Below, piece after piece: positions 1-8,308 of a DNA stretch of 64,000 nucleotides. Location of the stretch: the NCBI GenBank assembly GCA_965217585.1, contig OZ244561.1:4064001-4128000 (forward strand). Direction: 5' to 3'. Made by a program: the position numbers and the translations under genes. The notes beneath the pieces were generated by a model that saw only the letters and a list, made by a program, of their open reading frames with translations, did not search any database and had not been told where the DNA came from. Source of the DNA: Candidatus Latescibacterota bacterium. Its GTDB lineage: Bacteria > Latescibacterota > UBA2968 > UBA8231. The stretch's first letter is position 1; every line of letters begins with the position of its first letter.

Positions 1-651
1 ATCGCCGAACCCCTGATAGGCAAAATCGACCAAGGGCAACAGGCCGCGCTCGACGACGACTTCAGCGATCTGCCGCCAAGTGTCCTGGGTGGGGTCGCAG
101 CCGGTGGGGTTGTGGCAACAGCCGTGCAGCAGCACCACGTGGCCGGAGGGGATTTTCCCGAGCGCGGCGAGCAAGGCGTCGGCGTCGATGCTATTGGCGC
201 AGGCGTCGAAATAGGGATAGGTCTCGACCTGTAGGCCGGCCGAGGCAAAGATCTTGGGGTGATTGGCCCAAGTCGGGTCGCTTATCCAAATGGACCGGTC
301 GCCTAGGTGCTGGGCGAGGAAATCGCCCGCTAGGCGCAAGGCTCCGGTGCCACCGGGGCTTTGCACGGTAATAGCGCGTTCGGCCGCCTCGTGCCCGGGG
401 CCCAAAATTAGCTCCCGCACGGCAGCCCCGTATTCCGAGCTGCCCTCAATGCTCAAATAGCTCTTGGTCTTTTCCGCGGCCAAGACGCGCTCTTGCGCCG
501 TTTGCACCGCAGCCAAAACCGGCGTCTGGCCGCTCGCATCCTGATAAACGCCAACGCTGAGATTGATTTTGTTTGGATTCTCGTTGCTCTTGAACGCCGC
601 GCTCAACCCCATGATGGGGTCGGCCGGCGCCATCGTTAATTGTTTGAACAT
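1..651 (-). CDS. aspC: Aspartate/aromatic amino acid aminotransferase (class I), runs off the window edge
   Basis: Not in the ORF track. Manual translation from ATG at 651 gives MFKQLTMAPADPIMGLSAAFKSNENPNKINLSVGVYQDASGQTPVL, later QSPGGTGALR and IWISDPTWANH, all typical of AspC/TyrB. Confidence 0.9.
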   Translation of the reverse strand, partial: MFKQLTMAPADPIMGLSAAFKSNENPNKINLSVGVYQDASGQTPVLAAVQTAQERVLAAEKTKSYLSIEGSSEYGAAVRELILGPGHEAAERAITVQSPGGTGALRLAGDFLAQHLGDRSIWISDPTWANHPKIFASAGLQVETYPYFDACANSIDADALLAALGKIPSGHVVLLHGCCHNPTGCDPTQDTWRQIAEVVVERGLLPLVDFAYQGFGD

Positions 652-659
652 GCGTTATA

Positions 660-1385
660 CTACCATCTGGCTTTTAGGTCTCCCCAACTAATGGGTGCCA
701 CGGCCGTGGGGCCGGGAACGCGGGTAAGCTCAAAGGTGTCGACAGAGCCGTCTGGATATGGAACGGAAAGATTGACGCTGTCGCTTGAGAAAGCAGCAGC
801 GATAGTCGATCCCCGTACAGGCGTACCGCCGAAGAGGGAAGTAATCTCTTCCACTAAATCGTCGGGAAGTTCGTCCGAGCCGAGTACCTCAGCAAAGAAA
901 TTGATAAAGAACTCGACAGCCTCAGTATCGCCCAAGTACAGGTCAACTTCGTTAAGATCCATCCGCAAGCTGCTGCCCTCGGTGCTATAGGTACCCATCC
1001 AAGCAAAAGTCATCGAATACCCATGCGGACTTGCAAGTGCATCAATAGCTCGCTGACGCCAAGTACCTAAGTCGATAGTCGAATCCACTGCGGTGGCGAC
1101 GTCCCACAAGCGAGTTTCGTCTGGTGCGAAGAACAATCCCGAGATGAATTCGGCGTCGTCGAAGCGCATCTTAATGTCAAATTGGCAAGAGTTATCTTCT
1201 GCAAAGATTGCCCGGACGATAGTTTCGCCCTCTAGCGTTTCGCGGAGGAAGGTGCCGTCTTCTTCGACGCTAGCCAACTCGACTCCTTCCTCAGTACCTT
1301 CCCAGGTACCCAGCAGGCCGTCCTGGCCAGCGGCGGGCAAAGCCCACAGGATTAGGACGTAAAAAAAAGAAAGGCTGCGTTGCAT
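660..1385 (-). CDS. Secreted acidic hypothetical protein with C-terminal TAVAPISWGDLKARW motif
   Basis: 241-aa ORF with SD (AAGGAGGAG), signal peptide ending ALPAAG and an acidic body. Confidence 0.75.
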   Translation of the reverse strand: MQRSLSFFYVLILWALPAAGQDGLLGTWEGTEEGVELASVEEDGTFLRETLEGETIVRAIFAEDNSCQFDIKMRFDDAEFISGLFFAPDETRLWDVATAVDSTIDLGTWRQRAIDALASPHGYSMTFAWMGTYSTEGSSLRMDLNEVDLYLGDTEAVEFFINFFAEVLGSDELPDDLVEEITSLFGGTPVRGSTIAAAFSSDSVNLSVPYPDGSVDTFELTRVPGPTAVAPISWGDLKARW

Positions 1386-1480
1386 GATAGTCTCCTCCTT
1401 TGATGAGGTAACTTAAAAAGGTGAATGTACACCGCCAATCCTCATAATCAAACCCCCAAAGACGGGTTTTATGCACCTCC

Positions 1481-1957
1481 TCAGCGGCGGCGATAAGTCG
1501 CAAATATCAGCTCGCCTTCGCTGCGCTTTTCCACCACCTCCCATTCGCCTTCTTCCCACGTCGGAAAATACGCGTCGCCCTCGACTTCGATGGGCAAGTG
1601 CGTCAGAATCATTTCGTCGGCCAAGGGCAGAGCCTGCTCATAGACTTGGGCACCCCCGAGCACGAAGAGTTTTTCGCTGCCGTGGGCGCGGGCGCGCTGC
1701 AAAACCTCGGCCAAGCTCGCGCAGACAACCACGCCCTTGGCAACCTCGTAAGCCGGATTGCGGGTGAGGACGAAGTTGCGACGCTGGGGCAAGGGGCGCG
1801 TCTGAAAGGTCTCGTAGGTTTTGCGACCAGCCACGACCGCGTGGCCCCGAGTGACGCGGCGGAAGTGCTTCATGTCGGCCGGATAGTGCCACGGGATGGC
1901 GTTGTCGCGGCCAATGACCCTGTTCTCGCTCAGGGCGGCGATGATGATGGTTTTCAT
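1481..1957 (-). CDS. folA: Dihydrofolate reductase
   Basis: IIAALSENRVIG, IPWHYPADMKHF, GRKTYE, RPLPQRRNFVLT, LGGAQVY, EGDAYFP. Confidence 0.95.
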   Translation of the reverse strand: MKTIIIAALSENRVIGRDNAIPWHYPADMKHFRRVTRGHAVVAGRKTYETFQTRPLPQRRNFVLTRNPAYEVAKGVVVCASLAEVLQRARAHGSEKLFVLGGAQVYEQALPLADEMILTHLPIEVEGDAYFPTWEEGEWEVVEKRSEGELIFATYRRR

Positions 1958-2700
1958 TCGGACAAATCGGACGGATGAAAGAAAGAGCGGACGACCGGGC
2001 GCTCCGAGTGCTTGGCCTCGGCGACCGTGCCGGTGAATGCCACTTGGCCTTGGTCCAGCATGATGAGACGGCCATCGAGTCGCTCGATGCTAAGTAACTC
2101 GTGGGTGATAATGGCGATGGTGATGCCCAATTCGCGGTTGAGCGTGAGGAGCAGCGCGTCGATTTCGGCGGCGGTGACCGGGTCAAGGCCCGCGCCCGGC
2201 TCGTCGCAGAAGAGAATCTCCGGGTCCATGACCATGGCCCGCGCGAGAGCGGCGCGTTTGCGCATCCCGCCCGATAGCTCGCCTGGATAGCGGTCGCAGG
2301 CGTGCCCCAAGCCCACCGAAGCGAGGCGGGTGCGGGCGATATCCCCAATCAGAGCTGGCTCTAGGGCCGCGTGCATTTCCAAGGGCAGGGCGACGTTTTG
2401 CTCAATCGTCAACGAGTTGAGCAGCGCGCCGTATTGGAACATCACGCCCAGCCGCTTGCGCAGGGCCGCCAACTCCTCCTCGCCGAGGGCCGTCGCGTCT
2501 TGGCCGAGGATTTCAACGCGGCCCGAGGCGGGTTGCACCAAGCCGATAATCGCCTTGAGCAAGGTGCTCTTGCCGCAGCCGCTACCGCCGAGCACGACGG
2601 CGATTTCCCCCTCGTCCACATGCGCATCAATCCCGCGCAGGACGACCGTCTCGCCGTAGGACACGCAGAGATTTTGGATATCGATGGCGCGAGTCACCAT
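1954..2700 (-). CDS. MlaF/Ttg2A-like ABC transporter ATPase
   Basis: Walker A GGSGCGKS, MFQYGALLNSL, signature LSGGMRKR, DEPGAGLDP. Start reassigned to the ATG at 2700 (MVTRAIDI), overlapping the upstream permease. Confidence 0.9.
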   Translation of the reverse strand: MVTRAIDIQNLCVSYGETVVLRGIDAHVDEGEIAVVLGGSGCGKSTLLKAIIGLVQPASGRVEILGQDATALGEEELAALRKRLGVMFQYGALLNSLTIEQNVALPLEMHAALEPALIGDIARTRLASVGLGHACDRYPGELSGGMRKRAALARAMVMDPEILFCDEPGAGLDPVTAAEIDALLLTLNRELGITIAIITHELLSIERLDGRLIMLDQGQVAFTGTVAEAKHSERPVVRSFFHPSDLSE

Positions 2701-3788
2701 TTGAAATAAAAGACAATGCCCCAGAAGGCGTCGAGGACGATGATGCCAAACAGCGACGACACGACCGCCGAAGTCGTCGCTCGGCCGACGCCCTCGGCCC
2801 CGCCGCTGAAATTGAGGCCGTGGTAAACCGAGATGATCGTGATAAGCCACGCAAAGGACGCGCTTTTGACCAGCCCGGTGAGCAAATCCTTGAGAAAGAG
2901 TGCCGAGAAGACTTGGTTGAGAAACACAGTAGCTGGGATGTCCAGCGACACCATGCCAATGAAGGTGCCGCCGAGGATGCCAACGAAGTTGGCCATGATC
3001 GTCAAAAGCGGCATGCAGATGATCATCGCCCACAGCTTGGGCACGGCCACAAAGCGCAGCGGGTCGATTCCCATAGTCTGCAGGGCGTCCAATTCCTCGG
3101 TGAACTTCATGGTGGCGATCTCGGCGGCAATGGCCGACCCAGAGCGGCCAGACACCATGATCGCGGTCATCAGCGGCCCCAACTCGCGGGTCAGGCCAAT
3201 GCCCAGCAGGTTGGCGACGAAAATATCGGCCCCGAACTGGCGGAGCTGGGCCGCGGACTGCAGGGCCGAAACCGCGCCGACGAGAAAGAGAATCAGCCCG
3301 ACGATCTGCAGGGCCTGCGCGCCAATCGCGTACGCTTGCTCACCAAAGCTGCCCCGGCGAATCTGATCGCGGCGGAACAGGGATATCACCGAGAACACGC
3401 TCAGGTCGGCCATCAGATAGAGAAAATCGGCCGCGCGGACGCCACGAGCGTGGACCCAAGCGCCAAGGCGTTCAAGAGCGGCGGGGGGGGGCGCGGGGGG
3501 CGCGGGGGGCGGCGCGGGCGTGGCAAAGTCGAAAAAGGGCTGCAAGTGAGCGGGCAGCCCATCGAGGCGGAGTTCCTTGTCCAAGGAGCGGGCGAGGGCG
3601 GGCAAGCCGCGCAGGAAGACGGCTCCCGCAGTGTCGAGGTGTTCGACTTGGCGCAAGTCAGCGCGGAGCGCGGAGCGCGGGTGTTCGGAGATGAGTGCAC
3701 GGGCTTGGGGAGCGAGCGCGCCGATGGTGTGTAGCGAAAGCACGCCCCCGAGCGCGATTCCCTGTTCGTCGCTCCGCACCCAAGTCAT
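2694..3788 (-). CDS. MlaE-family permease with N-terminal STAS-like domain
   Basis: HLDTAGA STAS motif, Pro-rich linker, RELGPLMTAIMVSGRSGSAIAAEIATMK, EELDAL, GVGRATTSAVV. Confidence 0.92.
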   Translation of the reverse strand: MTWVRSDEQGIALGGVLSLHTIGALAPQARALISEHPRSALRADLRQVEHLDTAGAVFLRGLPALARSLDKELRLDGLPAHLQPFFDFATPAPPPAPPAPPPAALERLGAWVHARGVRAADFLYLMADLSVFSVISLFRRDQIRRGSFGEQAYAIGAQALQIVGLILFLVGAVSALQSAAQLRQFGADIFVANLLGIGLTRELGPLMTAIMVSGRSGSAIAAEIATMKFTEELDALQTMGIDPLRFVAVPKLWAMIICMPLLTIMANFVGILGGTFIGMVSLDIPATVFLNQVFSALFLKDLLTGLVKSASFAWLITIISVYHGLNFSGGAEGVGRATTSAVVSSLFGIIVLDAFWGIVFYFKW

Positions 3789-5293
3789 AGCAAATAGTTG
3801 AGGCGCAGCAGGACATGCTGCTCGGATTGCAGCCGCTGGACCGGCGGCTTACGCTCGAAGTCGAAGACGACGACCATGTTGACGAAGCGACTAAGCGGCA
3901 AGCGCAAGCGGTTTTCCCAAGTGAACTCCCAAGTGTCGGTGGCCGTCTTCGGGATAAGGAGGTCAAACTCCGAATCCAAGCTGGGGAAGCGCGAAAAACG
4001 CGACCGGAGGAGCAGCACGGCCTCCAAGCCGGTGGTGGCCGTGTCATGCAACTTGCGGGCAATAGTGCGGGAGGAGTTTAGGTCAAAGGTATCGGTAACA
4101 TAGCTTTGACGCGCCCCAAAACCAACGCGCATGTCGAGGTTCAGGGGAAAGCTACTGATGACCTGGGAGTTGATGCCGATGCCCTGGCGCAACACGAGGG
4201 GGCTGAAGGGCGGAGAGAGGGTAAATTCGCTAATGCCCGTCCTGCCTTCGATCTGGTCGCCGTCGCGGATCAGAAGGTTGCGCGGCTGGTCGAAGCGGTC
4301 CTCAGTGGCGAATAGCCTGGTGTTGAACACCCCGCGCAGATAGGGGCCGATCCGCTTGGAAAGCCGGTAGATATACGTAGCGCGGACCTCGAACTTGTCG
4401 TCGCTGGTCTTGCGGAAGTCGTCGCCCTCCTCACGGGTGAAGCCCTCTTCAAAGTCCAGCCGCAAATTGGCGTAGTGGCGGTCCGTGTTATAGACACTGC
4501 TGCCGATGACTTCAGCGGAAAGCGAGAGGACCGAGCGATCTGCGCCGATGGTATTCTGCGAGGTGGACAGCCGAGGCGAGCCGCTTAGCTGCAAGGAGGT
4601 CTTCCAGCGCGAGTCAGTTACTTGGGCGAGGAGGCCATATTGAGCCGGGGGGTAGAAGCCGATGAAGGTATCGTCGCTGGTGTCTACTACTAGATTGCGC
4701 TGGACCAACTCGCCTGGCTCTAAGCGGACGCTGAACTTGCGGGTGGTTGATACGTTGTCGCCGACTCCCACTACTGAGTAAACGCCTGGGGGCAGGAGCC
4801 ACGTTTTGACCGCCTCGCCTCGCTCCTCCTCGATACCGAAGCCGAGGCCGTAGTTTTCCTGCGAGGACTCCCGATATAGTTCATAGGATTCGTTGATCGA
4901 TGCGCGGTTCTCGGACATGACGTTGATGACTAGTCCGGCCCAGAAGGGCTTTATCAGGGTCGTCATGCCCTCTTGGATCGGCACGGTGCGGCTCATCATC
5001 TGGAGGTCCGAGCCCGAGCCGACCAGTAATTTGTAGCTGCCGGGCGCGAGCAACTCGCCAGTGCCGGGGGAGGCTTCGCGGATGGGTTTGTTCCCCTGTA
5101 AGACGAGGAAACTGGGCTCGTTGAGGGAGCCGGACATCGTCGGCACGAAGAGAAAGCCCTTGCCCTTGGGAATCAGCGTTGGATCCTGTTCGAGTTGGCC
5201 GCGCTCGGGTGGGGCGATCCACGTATAGCTGTTGCCCGCGGCGGGACCGACAAGCAACGGCAGGGCGATCAGGATGTAGAGTAGCTTGTACAT
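3785..5293 (-). CDS. Secreted protein, probable outer-membrane beta-barrel with N-terminal beta-sandwich domains
   Basis: Start reassigned to the ATG at 5293 (MYKLLYILIALPLLVGPAAG signal peptide). The C-terminal half has alternating amphipathic strands and ends VLLRLNYLL. It sits inside the MCE operon. Confidence 0.65.
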   Translation of the reverse strand: MYKLLYILIALPLLVGPAAGNSYTWIAPPERGQLEQDPTLIPKGKGFLFVPTMSGSLNEPSFLVLQGNKPIREASPGTGELLAPGSYKLLVGSGSDLQMMSRTVPIQEGMTTLIKPFWAGLVINVMSENRASINESYELYRESSQENYGLGFGIEEERGEAVKTWLLPPGVYSVVGVGDNVSTTRKFSVRLEPGELVQRNLVVDTSDDTFIGFYPPAQYGLLAQVTDSRWKTSLQLSGSPRLSTSQNTIGADRSVLSLSAEVIGSSVYNTDRHYANLRLDFEEGFTREEGDDFRKTSDDKFEVRATYIYRLSKRIGPYLRGVFNTRLFATEDRFDQPRNLLIRDGDQIEGRTGISEFTLSPPFSPLVLRQGIGINSQVISSFPLNLDMRVGFGARQSYVTDTFDLNSSRTIARKLHDTATTGLEAVLLLRSRFSRFPSLDSEFDLLIPKTATDTWEFTWENRLRLPLSRFVNMVVVFDFERKPPVQRLQSEQHVLLRLNYLL

Positions 5294-5301
5294 GCCAAGT
5301 C

Positions 5302-6060
5302 CTAGGGGGCCAGCTTCCCCGGTATGAGTTCGTAGTGATCGGCTTCGGTTTGCAGCACCGTATCTCGGGCCGCTAGGGCGGTTTCCTCGTCGGGCGTGAC
5401 GAGCGCGGGTCGTTGCTTGTTGCGGAACTTGAAGTCGATCTCCTCGATCGCCTTTTGCATTTGTTTGCCCAAAATGTCGCTCAAAACGGCCACCGTGTAT
5501 CTCATGGCTGGGAAGAACACCTGTTCCTCCTCGTCGAAATCGGTCTGCCATATAACTTTGCCGTCGGCCTGTCTCACTAGTTCCATCGTCATAACGAGAT
5601 GGGCCGCCCACAGGTCGCCGCTGTCGAAGCGCTCAATGGCTTTGACCGAGCCGCTGAACACGTAATCCGGGCGGTGCTCAAAAAAATCGCGATCCCCGCC
5701 CACATAGGTAAAGAGGTCAGCTTGGCGCAAGTACTGCTTGACTGCATCGGTAATCATGCCGCTGGGGCGCTCCATCCAGTAGTGGAGGTTGTCGCGCTGC
5801 AGTTCGTACTGATCGCGGCGGCGGATGATGTTGGTGCGATCATACGCTCGGGGCACCTCAAAGCCTTTGACCTGCAAGCGGAAAGGGTACGGGCGCTCGG
5901 AACCTTCCACGCTACCGCGCAAGGGTTCGATATGCAACTTGAAATAGCGCCGTTGCGGCAACTTGGTGTCGCCGCCCAGCAACTGGGCGCAGCCAGATAG
6001 AGCTATGGCCAAGACGAAAGCCTGGCTGCAGCGGCGCGCTCGGCTATTCGGTCGCACCAC
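5302..6060 (-). CDS. PqiC-like ABC-transport auxiliary lipoprotein
   Basis: Likely GTG start near 6060. Lipobox LSGC, YDRTNIIRR, HYWMERPSGMI, GSVKAIE. Follows the MCE gene. Confidence 0.8.
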   Translation of the reverse strand: MVRPNSRARRCSQAFVLAIALSGCAQLLGGDTKLPQRRYFKLHIEPLRGSVEGSERPYPFRLQVKGFEVPRAYDRTNIIRRRDQYELQRDNLHYWMERPSGMITDAVKQYLRQADLFTYVGGDRDFFEHRPDYVFSGSVKAIERFDSGDLWAAHLVMTMELVRQADGKVIWQTDFDEEEQVFFPAMRYTVAVLSDILGKQMQKAIEEIDFKFRNKQRPALVTPDEETALAARDTVLQTEADHYELIPGKLAP

Positions 6061-7021
6061 TGCGACCTCGGATGAGCACCGCGGGATTCTCGCGGATGAG
6101 TTCAGTGGTTTCGCGGATATTCTGCAAAGTTTCCTCCAGTTCCTGTATGGCGCGCAGAAGATTCTGTCGGCTGGCCCCCACGGTTTGGTCGATGCCCACA
6201 AAGGTCTGGTCGATATGGCTTATCACGGTGTCCATCCGCGCGATGAGCAGGGGAACCGGGCCGTCCATTTGCTGGCGCAACTTGTGCATCGTCACTTGCA
6301 GGTCGTCAACCGTCTGTTGCAGCTTCGCGCCCACGAGCAAGGCGTGCAGGGAATCGACTGTCACCGCCAACGTCGCGCTGGCTTTGGCGAGCGAGCGACT
6401 GGTGGCAACCATATTGGCCGCGGTCTCGTCGAATGCGGAGCGGTTGTTCTCGACCAGCGCGTTGGCCGTGGCCAGCAGATTGCCCGCGTTGCTCAGCAGC
6501 TCGGTGAAGACGCGCTGGTTTTCGCTGCTGAGCAGTGCGCTTAGGTTGTCGATGGTTTGTTCAACCTTGATGCTGAGCACTTCGGCGCGCTCTTGCATGC
6601 TGCTAAAAAAGGTCTCGTCCGCGACAATTGTGGACCCCGGAGGGAGGACTGGGGAGTCGTCACTGCCGCCGAAAAGCTCGATGAACTTCAGGCCGGTGAT
6701 CCCCAACGAGGCCATGCGCGCTTGCGTGTCGGTGCGGATGGCGTTTGCGGCCCGCCGCCTCTCGACCGAAATCTCGATTACCAAAGTAGAGAGATGATCC
6801 TGCGCGATCGCAATGTCCTCGACTCGGCCAATACTGAAACCCAAGTACTTGACATCCGCGCCTTTGTTGAGGCCGCTGACGGGCGAGTTGGACTCGATGT
6901 AATAGGTATCGCGCTGACGCAGGAGATGGCTGCCGGCGACGACGATGAAGAAAAGCGCGAGGACAGAGAGAGAAACTAAGAAGAAGATGCCCAGGCGTAT
7001 TTGCTGTGCTCGGGTAGCCAT
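6044..7021 (-). CDS. MlaD/MCE-domain protein with long helical C-terminus
   Basis: N-terminal TM helix, VSGLNKGADVKYLGFSIGRVEDI, SLGITGLKFIEL, coiled coil, C-terminal NPAVLIRG. Confidence 0.92.
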   Translation of the reverse strand: MATRAQQIRLGIFFLVSLSVLALFFIVVAGSHLLRQRDTYYIESNSPVSGLNKGADVKYLGFSIGRVEDIAIAQDHLSTLVIEISVERRRAANAIRTDTQARMASLGITGLKFIELFGGSDDSPVLPPGSTIVADETFFSSMQERAEVLSIKVEQTIDNLSALLSSENQRVFTELLSNAGNLLATANALVENNRSAFDETAANMVATSRSLAKASATLAVTVDSLHALLVGAKLQQTVDDLQVTMHKLRQQMDGPVPLLIARMDTVISHIDQTFVGIDQTVGASRQNLLRAIQELEETLQNIRETTELIRENPAVLIRGRSGATE

Positions 7022-7072
7022 AAAGACGCTGTGGAATAAGTCGTAATTGAAATGCCGCCCCTTGGGGCAATA

Positions 7073-7978
7073 TCAGCAACGCACCCCTTGCGAGCAAGAA
7101 CTCGGCACCACCACCCGCAGAGCCGCCGGGCTAATTTCCAGCACCAGTGGCGTCTGGTCTAGATAGTCGCCGTCCACATATACGCTGTGCGGCGCGTCAG
7201 TGTGCAGCGCTAGGCGGGCTGTGCGCTCGATGCGCACGGCTGGATGGCGGACATGTCCTTGCCAAAAGAGGCGGATCATCAGCGGTAGAATCGCCCACCG
7301 TGGCACCGCATTGACGACGACCACGTCGAAGAGGCCATCGCCGCAATCGGCATCTGGGGCAACGCACAAATTGCCTCCATAGTTCCGCGTATTAGCGGTA
7401 GATACTTGCAGCACCTCTTGCTCAATCTCCCCGAAATCGCCGCAGAGGCGGACCTGGGCCGGTTGGTAGCGAGCGACGTGCCGCAACGCTTCCAAGATAT
7501 AGCGGGCCCGCCCGGACAGAGGCCCTTGGGCGCTTTCCATGCGGCGATTGACTTCGGCGTCAAAGCCAAAGGCGGCGATTGTGGCGAAGAAGCGGTCGCC
7601 GGCCCGGCCCAAGTCTATGGTGCGCACCTCGCCGCGGAGCAGGTTGCCTATGGCCGCTTCCACTCGGAGCGGCACTTCGAGGGCGCGGGCCAAGTCGTTG
7701 CACGTGCCGCAGGGCAGCAGCCCCAAGGTCGTGTGCGAGCCGGCGAGGGGCGCGAGTGTCTCGTTGATGGTGCCATCGCCGCCGCAGACCACGAGCCGCT
7801 CAGCACCCTCGGCCACGGCCTGCTGCGCCAGCTCGGCTCCGTGGCCCTTGGCCCGCGTGTAGCGCAATTCGACCGCTTGACCGGCAGCTTGCATAGCCAA
7901 GGCGGCTTGCTCGGCGAAGCTGCGCGCGCGGGCGTTGCCCGCCGTTGGATTGGCTATCAAGACCCAGTGTTTGGACAT
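7073..7978 (-). CDS. Diacylglycerol/lipid kinase family protein (YegS/DagK)
   Basis: NPTAG, CGGDGTINE, LPCGTCNDLARAL, GFDAEV, NYGGN, DGLFDV, VDGD. Confidence 0.92.
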   Translation of the reverse strand: MSKHWVLIANPTAGNARARSFAEQAALAMQAAGQAVELRYTRAKGHGAELAQQAVAEGAERLVVCGGDGTINETLAPLAGSHTTLGLLPCGTCNDLARALEVPLRVEAAIGNLLRGEVRTIDLGRAGDRFFATIAAFGFDAEVNRRMESAQGPLSGRARYILEALRHVARYQPAQVRLCGDFGEIEQEVLQVSTANTRNYGGNLCVAPDADCGDGLFDVVVVNAVPRWAILPLMIRLFWQGHVRHPAVRIERTARLALHTDAPHSVYVDGDYLDQTPLVLEISPAALRVVVPSSCSQGVRC

Positions 7979-8042
7979 AGCTTGGGTTGTCCCGTCCCGT
8001 CCTGCGCATAGATTAACCTTGATAAAAAGATAACATCAAAAC

Positions 8043-8189
8043 ATGGCCAAGCGAAAACGAGACATCGAGTGGGCTGACCAGCGCCGCGAGCTGGAAAAAC
8101 AGGTCAAGCACCCCTATATCACCAAGCAAGGGCTAGACCGGAATCGGCGCGACGGCAAGGGTCGCGATCCTAAGCGTCCCGAGCAGTGA
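8043..8189 (+). CDS. Small highly charged protein, 48 aa
   Basis: Manual translation MAKRKRDIEWADQRRELEKQVKHPYITKQGLDRNRRDGKGRDPKRPEQ*. Below the ORF-track cutoff; GC-rich third positions; fills the intergenic gap. Confidence 0.55.
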   Translation: MAKRKRDIEWADQRRELEKQVKHPYITKQGLDRNRRDGKGRDPKRPEQ

Positions 8190-8195
8190 GCCTCC

Positions 8196-8224
8196 TTGTG
8201 GCGGGGCGTCCCGCCTTCTATATT
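8196..8224 (+). promoter_or_regulatory. Putative sigma70 promoter for the ElbD-like operon
   Basis: TTGTGG-N17-TATATT about 85 bp upstream of the ATG at 8309. Confidence 0.4.
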
Positions 8225-8308
8225 ACAGCGCTTCAAGCCCTGTCCTGACGGGCCTCTCGCGGCACGGGATGGGGCTTTTGTCCGTCTCCGCTATGATCCG
8301 TTTCCGCT

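Noticed and set aside
3481-3520. G-rich tract with a G9 run in the permease gene (phase variation or G-quadruplex?)
   Set aside because: It encodes the in-frame Pro/Ala linker between the STAS and MlaE domains; there is no sign of a frameshift.
2820-3734. Long antisense or alternate-frame ORFs (also 27781-28851, 30238-31467, 36505-37695, 55768-57060)
   Set aside because: They are shadow ORFs expected in high-GC coding DNA and carry no recognisable motifs.
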